Positions 57,340 to 64,000 of a DNA stretch of 64,000 nt are shown in pieces (position 1 is the stretch's first letter; every line of letters starts with the position of its first letter). The DNA comes from Chrysomallon squamiferum (lineage: Eukaryota > Animalia > Mollusca). The translations under genes and the position numbers were made by a program. The notes under the pieces are model-generated. The model made no database searches, had not been told where the DNA came from, and saw nothing but the letters and a program-made list of their open reading frames with translations. The DNA is taken from positions 22,754,001-22,818,000 of the forward strand of contig CM022673.1 in the NCBI GenBank assembly GCA_012295275.1, read 5' to 3'.

Positions 57340-60300
57340 CTTCCCACTAACACATGCATGGAAATGAAAGTCATGTCTCTCATCTCTCTGTGAAAATGTG
57401 TAATGTTTATTAGTATTAAAGGTATTTTATCTGTTTTTATCGATGTAAATTATTTCTAAATATATGCGAGTATGCAACATAAAATACAAAAGGTAAAAAG
57501 AGGAAAAATAAGAGTAAAAATGTAAGTGGAGAAAGTGAACAGAAAATAAGGGTAAGCAGCAGCCAAGCTGGTCAAGAAGTCACTATTACAAGGATGTCAA
57601 ATACACAGAATAACAAGATATTCATCTGCACTATTTTATCATTCAACATCAATTCAACAGTGTCAGCAGTCACAGTATGGACAATACTGAAAAACCTAAT
57701 GACCCCATGGTCAGTATTCTGTTTAATTTCAACAGTTGTGCACAGTCAAGATGTGAGCATAAAATTAGATATTTTCATTAGAAAGTTAGATACAATGTAT
57801 GATAAACTGGAAAAAGTGGACATGAAAACTCTACAAAGACATCAGTAGTGAAATGATTGATATTTAGAAAAAAGTAAAAGATATGAATTACATTCACTAA
57901 CAGTCTGAAAGGAATTAAAAAATCTCTGAGATTTGAAATCTGTTATGTCAGATATGAACAGTTCTACTCATGAAATGAGAGATAATAATAACAGTATGAA
58001 ACAACAAATATGTGAATTAGAAACTGAGTTTGTAAACTTAAGAAAAAAACAATGACCTACAAATTCGTGAAATTATAGATAATAATAACAGTATGAAACA
58101 ACAAATATGTGAATTAGAAACTGAGTTTGTAAACTTAAGAAAAAAACAATGACCTACAAATTCGTGAAATTATAGATAATAATAACAGTATGAAACAACA
58201 AATATGTGAATTAGAAACTGAGTTTAGAAATTTAATAGAAAAAAACAGTGACCTACAAACTGGCTTCATACCTGACAATTTAATCTTTAGTGGGATACCA
58301 GAGAAAGATGAAGAAGACAGATGAGGAGTTGAAAAGATTTATAAAAATTATCTACTAAAACATATAAATATTATAGAATCACAGTGTAAATGTATTATGT
58401 GGCTGGGCACAGAAGGTGGGGGTTTTACATATTTTGATTGGTATTGTATATATTCCACCAGTGAATTCATATTATTCATCATCTGATGCTTTTGACCAGC
58501 TTGAAAATGTATATTTATCATATGTGAATAAGTATAACATGATCTGTCGTATTGGTGACTTCAACAGTAGAACAGCTGATGATAATGATTTTATTATTAT
58601 GGAAGAAAAAGAATATAGTTTAATCGCTGATGATGTATTTGAACTTGAGAGGTTAAATATATTAACTCTTTAAACCCACCAGGTCAGTTTCTGGTCTGAG
58701 TATATGGTATATGTACCCGCTTGTATACTTGGCCATTCTTCAGGCAGGAAGCTTCGATAATTTTTTGACAAACAATTGCAGTTTTGGGAGTATTTTTTGC
58801 CATAAACATGAGCAGTAAGAAAGTGACAACCAAGCAGGCATTACGAATGATAATGTCAAATTCTGAGGATGAGAATGAAGTGTCTGAATATGTAAATAAT
58901 AGTGATTTTGAAAGTAAAGAGAGTGATGATGATGCTGTCAATGATACAAATAATAATAACACGAATGCAAGCGAAGGTGAAAATGATTCTGCTGATAATC
59001 ACGACCCAGGTGGTGATGCTTTACAACCTGTTAGGGGGTGTGGCTGTGGTAGAGGATATGGTTGAGGTGTGTGACAGAATTCTCAGCCTCTTGTAGATCA
59101 GTGTCTGTGGATGAATGACACGAGAGGGTATTGTGAAAAACAATTCAATACTAAAGAATTCCCTGGTCCCAAACATATTCCAGATTCAATCAATAATGAG
59201 AGCAGCCCTGGAATGATCACGTTATTCTGGAATGATTTGTGGCAGCTCTTTGTTGTTGAAACCCTCACACTGTTATACAAAATAGTTTAGTTCACTAACA
59301 GAGATAAAAGCATTTTTTGGCTGTCGAGTAGCGATGGAAATGTTTATTCACAAGGACTGCTATGAACAATTTTTGCAAGATAAGGAAAATGGCTTGACCA
59401 TCACTCCTGGATTTGCACAGATTTTTACAAGAGATAGAATTTTAGCAATATGGTCTATGCTACATAGTGTAAATGAATTAGACTCAGAGCTAGACAAATC
59501 TGATAAGGTTTATAAATCAAGGCCCATGTTCAATCACTTGTTGGAAAAATCCAGGTTGCTTTATACACAGAGAAACAATCTGTCACTTTACAAGGGAATG
59601 ATTCTGACAAAAACTTCCTATCTGTAAAAGTATATCAAAGATAAACCGATAAAGTGGGGTATCAAACCCTTCCTAGTTTCTGATAGTGAGAATGGCTATA
59701 TTTCAAATGCAGAAGTACATACAGGTCGCAGGAAGGATGCTGAAACTGTTGAAAATCTTGGTGTGTCTGGAAACTTTGTTGTTTGTATGTTGGAACTGTT
59801 TCGTGACCAGTATTACTGTGTGTTTACAGACAGACTCTATACTAGTGTATATTTGTGTGAGTTTTTGCTGGAAAAGAGAGGAATCTGCCTAGTAGGCACT
59901 GCACTTACAAATCGCAAACGTATTCAAAAAAACTGATCAAATCCAAAAGTCAAATCAGAAGGGGCAGTTTGAACTATTGTTCAATGGAACTGTAGCAGCA
60001 ATTATTTGGTGTGACAAAAAGTCCATTTATTTTGTAACTTCTGCATTTATAGCCCACTTCCCCCCGGGACATGTACAAAGATATGACAGTAAAGAGCACA
60101 GAAGACTTCCTATGGGATGTCTGAAAGCTGTCCAAAGTTACAATGAATAAAAATGATCAACATACCAAGTTGCATCAGATCAGACGTCATTACAACTGTC
60201 CATGTCATCTTATAATGAAGTTTTTTACATGGGCTGCATGTCTCGAAAAGCACAACAAGGCCAGACAACAGAAGTGCTGCATAATAAGAACTTTCCCAAA

Positions 60301-60520
60301 AAGTCAACAACAGTTTTTTTAAGGCTTAGAAAAGGTATACCAGATAAATATAATTTCATAATGTAATAATTTGTTTAACAGTAAAAATATATTTGTATTA
60401 AAAAAGCTATGTTTGTTAATAAGAACTATATGTGAAAGATTATGTCATACACCTTAAACTTCTACATATGTGCATTTTACTGTAATCTGCAGTTTATGAG
60501 AATAAAGTCATTGTCATTGT
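57340..60520 (+). mobile_element. Second copy of the RTE/RTEX-like LINE (5' part and 3' tail), interrupted by piggyBac
   Basis: 5' region and ORF1 match 20715-21250; endonuclease GIVYIPP..IGDFNSRT; 60340-60520 matches the 3' end of copy 1 including the AATAAA(GTCATT)n tail. Confidence 0.85.
58666..60330 (+). mobile_element. Decayed piggyBac (PGBD4-like) transposon
   Basis: Begins after TTAA (58662-58665) with CTCTTTAAACCC; acidic N-terminus, FTRDRILAIWSMLH, DKVYKSRP, YIKDKPIKWGIK, VFTDRLYTS, VGT..NRK, IWCDKK; stops and frameshifts. Confidence 0.85.
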
Positions 60521-62371
60521 ACAACTGAGTCTCATCTCCTTTAAAAACACTCAATATATTTGTCTTTTATTTGTAGAATTCTCAAGTTATTAAGTATGCT
60601 GCTTAATTCAGTTTTAGAGAAAATATTTTGCATAGAATTTGGTGAAAAATTGAAATAAAATGGAAAGGTTCACAATGAATAATGTATTTAAATACCTGCT
60701 GGACAGCACCAAATACTTCAACTCTACAGGAGACTTGATCTGCTCTTTGTTCCAAAATGTCAGTCTGAGTTTGTATTTTACAAACAATTTCTTGAATATT
60801 TTTATCCTTAACAAGTTGATTCAACTCCAGAAAATAAACAGTTTAAATGCACACTTTAGTATATTGGTTTCTTCAGTTCCTATAAATACATGATGAAAGA
60901 TCTGAATGTCATTCAGTAAATACTGACATTTCCTTGTTATAAAATGATTCAATAAATTAAATCGGCATGAATCAATATAATTCAAGTAAACTAAAAATTG
61001 AAATATAACCTTTTTAAAATATTTTGTTGTATTCTAATGAGATTTGATGATGCTATTATCAATTCAAATTATTTACTGAAAGACAATCTAAACCTAGAGA
61101 TATAACAAATATGTCTAAAATAAAGATGAATTTGAATCACATAATTAAAGCTAAAGAAGAATTTTTCATTCAGAAACACTTTCAACAAAATTAATGTAGA
61201 TCTGTTTTTCTTAATGAACTGATTTCACGCATACCTCAACATCATTCCTTTAGTCATGTAGTTCTTGGTTCATTTTTTGTCAGTTAAAAATGAAACTGTT
61301 TTGACTACAAATATAAGCTAAAAAGAAATAAAACAATGCTAATGGAAGTATACTAAGTCACCTGCTGCTCAACTTCCACGATTTGGTCACACACAGCCTT
61401 CTGACAGGAGGTTTCATTTTAATCTTTTTCTTTGCGTAGTTTTAGCATGTTCAAGTTTTTCAAGATTTTTCTCCTATTATTTGACTGTTGAGATTGGTGA
61501 CCTGGTGTAAGACTCTCCAACTTAAGAACTGTTGTAGTCTGACGTGGTCGGCTTCAATGTCCAGGACACCAAAACTGAGATTTTCATCGACAACTCTGAG
61601 TCACATTGGTGGGTGCACTGCCTAGTTTGAGTACATAAATAAATAAATAAATAAATAAATAAAATACTGTAAAAAATATAAAATAAATAAAATACTGCTA
61701 CTACTATATTTACTGCAACACTACATGCTACTTTTATTACCATCATCACTGTAACTCAACTAGGGTTACTGTTATTGAAATAATACTCCTATTGCTAAAA
61801 TTACTAGCCATTAATAATAAAACTGATTTTTTTACTCTCTTCACTATTACTCCTATGCCTGTATTTCTTTATTCAAATATTATTTTAATTACTATAACAA
61901 CAACTATGACTACTGTTATTACTAGTATTGCTGCTGTTACACTACTCTTCTTGATACATTTATCACAACAATTTCTCTAAAAACAACTACTATTAGTACT
62001 GCTACTACTACTACTACTACTACCACCATCACTATAACCAGTAATTTGACTACAACCAGTTTTTTTAATCACCATGAGTCTCACATGATACTATCAGCTA
62101 AAACATGACCAAGATCAGTTCTACAACATTACTACAACAAGTAGTATTATTATTACAAGTACTAATGCTGTAACAACTAGATTACTACAACAATGGCAGT
62201 GACTAATACTACTGTTACAACAACAACCTCTATAGATGTTCCTGTTCTGACACATTCTTTGATGACATTTCTACCCTGTGGTGAGCTCACAGAATTAGCT
62301 GTTCTTGTGTACAGAGCAGTTTCTGAAAAACAAGTCTTTTATTTATTTACCTTTGTAGTTATATATATGTC

Positions 62372-62474
<103 letters not shown>

Positions 62475-62559
62475 AAAAAAGGAAACCAGACCAAATATTA
62501 TATTGAATTATGTTGGTTAACTAGTTATTAAAAGTCATATATTTTAAAATTACCACCTG

Positions 62560-63890
62560 ATTCATTATTTTATTTCCAAAAATTGTGCTATTACACCAAC
62601 CATGAAAACTGAGAGACTGCGGGCAACATATAGACCGCAGCTACAGTACATCCATTTCCAGTGTATTTTAGTGTGTCTGTCATCACGTGAAGGCTGGCAG
62701 TTCCAGTCTGGTAACAGAATATTTGGCTACAACGAGAGCTAGCTTTGTCACTTAGCTTGTTGGTGGAGGTTGTGTGGTGGTTGTGTGGAGGTTGTTCTCT
62801 CAGTGATATGGTAGCCAATGATATGGTAGCCATCTGCCTCTATGTTTATTTGTGGAAAATATGATACAGGCTTCAAACAAAGTTTGCAAACCAGACCAAA
62901 AGGGGTACCTCAATACATGGCTGAGTTGTGGGTATCTAGCATCTATGCATCTCTACAGACTCACTCTGAAACAAACTGCCCATTTGTCAGATGCTGCTCA
63001 GAATTCAACTCCAGTAGTCACAGATGTTATTGACACAATATAATCAACTGTAGAAGAACTCAACACACTTGCTGCTGATGATAGTGATCTGCCATTTCCA
63101 GTTACTCTCAGTAAAGATGATCACGAGGCAACCATTACAGCAGAGACTACCAACCTTACAGTAAGTGTAAGATTCAAACAAGACAATCAGTTGAGTAATA
63201 AGCAAAAGTAACAAGCTGAAAAATAAAACAAAAGTTCGTTTTGAACCATGTTCACCAGGGATGTATAATAATGAAACTGATCTCAGCAATTTCAAATGAA
63301 TGCATTCTTTCAATCACCCTATCTTCAAGACAATGAATATAGCTGATTACACTCAGTGGAATATATGGCTTGGAACAAATTAAACTGTTATCTAAACATT
63401 TTGCTGAAAGCCTAGCTTACCACAACTTTGCCCTAGATATGGCTGTTGCTGAATGGAAGAATTTAAAGAAACTTGTGGCAAACAAATTAATTCACTTCCA
63501 AAGTAAACAAGGCAAATATTCATCATCACTCTGAATAACCACACATTCTTCTTATCATTGAAATCATCTTGGCGGTTGCACTTGCTAGTGCAAGTTTTGA
63601 CAGGGGCATAAGCACTCTCAATCAGATGTTGACAAATACCAGGTTGAACATGTCCAATTCTACACTGGATGATTTGCTGGTGATTAGAATTAACCTGCCT
63701 GCACTTATAAGCTGTGACCCATCATATGAACAAAAACTTACAGACATAGCTGTTTCCCTGAATGCAGAAGATAAAAAAACAAAGAAAAAGACCAACCTGA
63801 TTGTAGACTCATTGTCAGACTCACAAGAGACATACTTACCTGTGCCCTCTTCATATGTGATAAAAATAACCTGCAATAACCTGTAATGTG
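62560..63890 (+). mobile_element. Decayed hAT transposase (ZNF862-like)
   Basis: NTWLS (TRWLS-like) and dimerisation-domain remnant LASASFDRGISTLNQMLTNTRLNMSNSTLDDLLVIRIN. Confidence 0.75.
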
Positions 63891-64000
63891 TGTAGAGGAC
63901 TTTCTTGCTCCTACAACATCAGTTTCAGAGGACTTGGATGATGCTCAAAGTGAAACAATTGATACTTCAGTCACTCACAGTGCTACTGAAACAAGTTCAT

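Overview
AT-rich, microsatellite-dense, intron-rich animal DNA. A mollusc, probably a cephalopod, is my inference from repeat style and the elevenin sequence. Three host loci were reconstructed by hand-splicing. (1) A minus-strand gene with at least 42 coding exons (28560 down to 62, continuing past the left edge) encodes more than 1800 aa of an unusual mosaic extracellular protein: signal peptide, LRRNT, about 36 LRRs, LRRCT, FN3, fibro-slime/PA14, two cadherin repeats and an F5/8 type C (discoidin) domain. One LRR exon carries a frameshift in this assembly. (2) Two orphan plus-strand exons just right of an N-gap (34802-35658) encode part of a GABA-B-like class C GPCR Venus-flytrap domain. 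(3) A minus-strand elevenin neuropeptide precursor (about 41574-43995) is missed by the ORF track and has candidate TATA/CRE promoters upstream. The rest is decayed transposons (RTE/RTEX-like LINEs, a MULE, two Tigger/pogo MITEs, a piggyBac nested in a LINE, a hAT, a tRNA-SINE, a roughly 700-bp foldback), minisatellites and microsatellites. Most entries in the ORF track are microsatellite artefacts. No CRISPR array, rRNA or intact tRNA was found.
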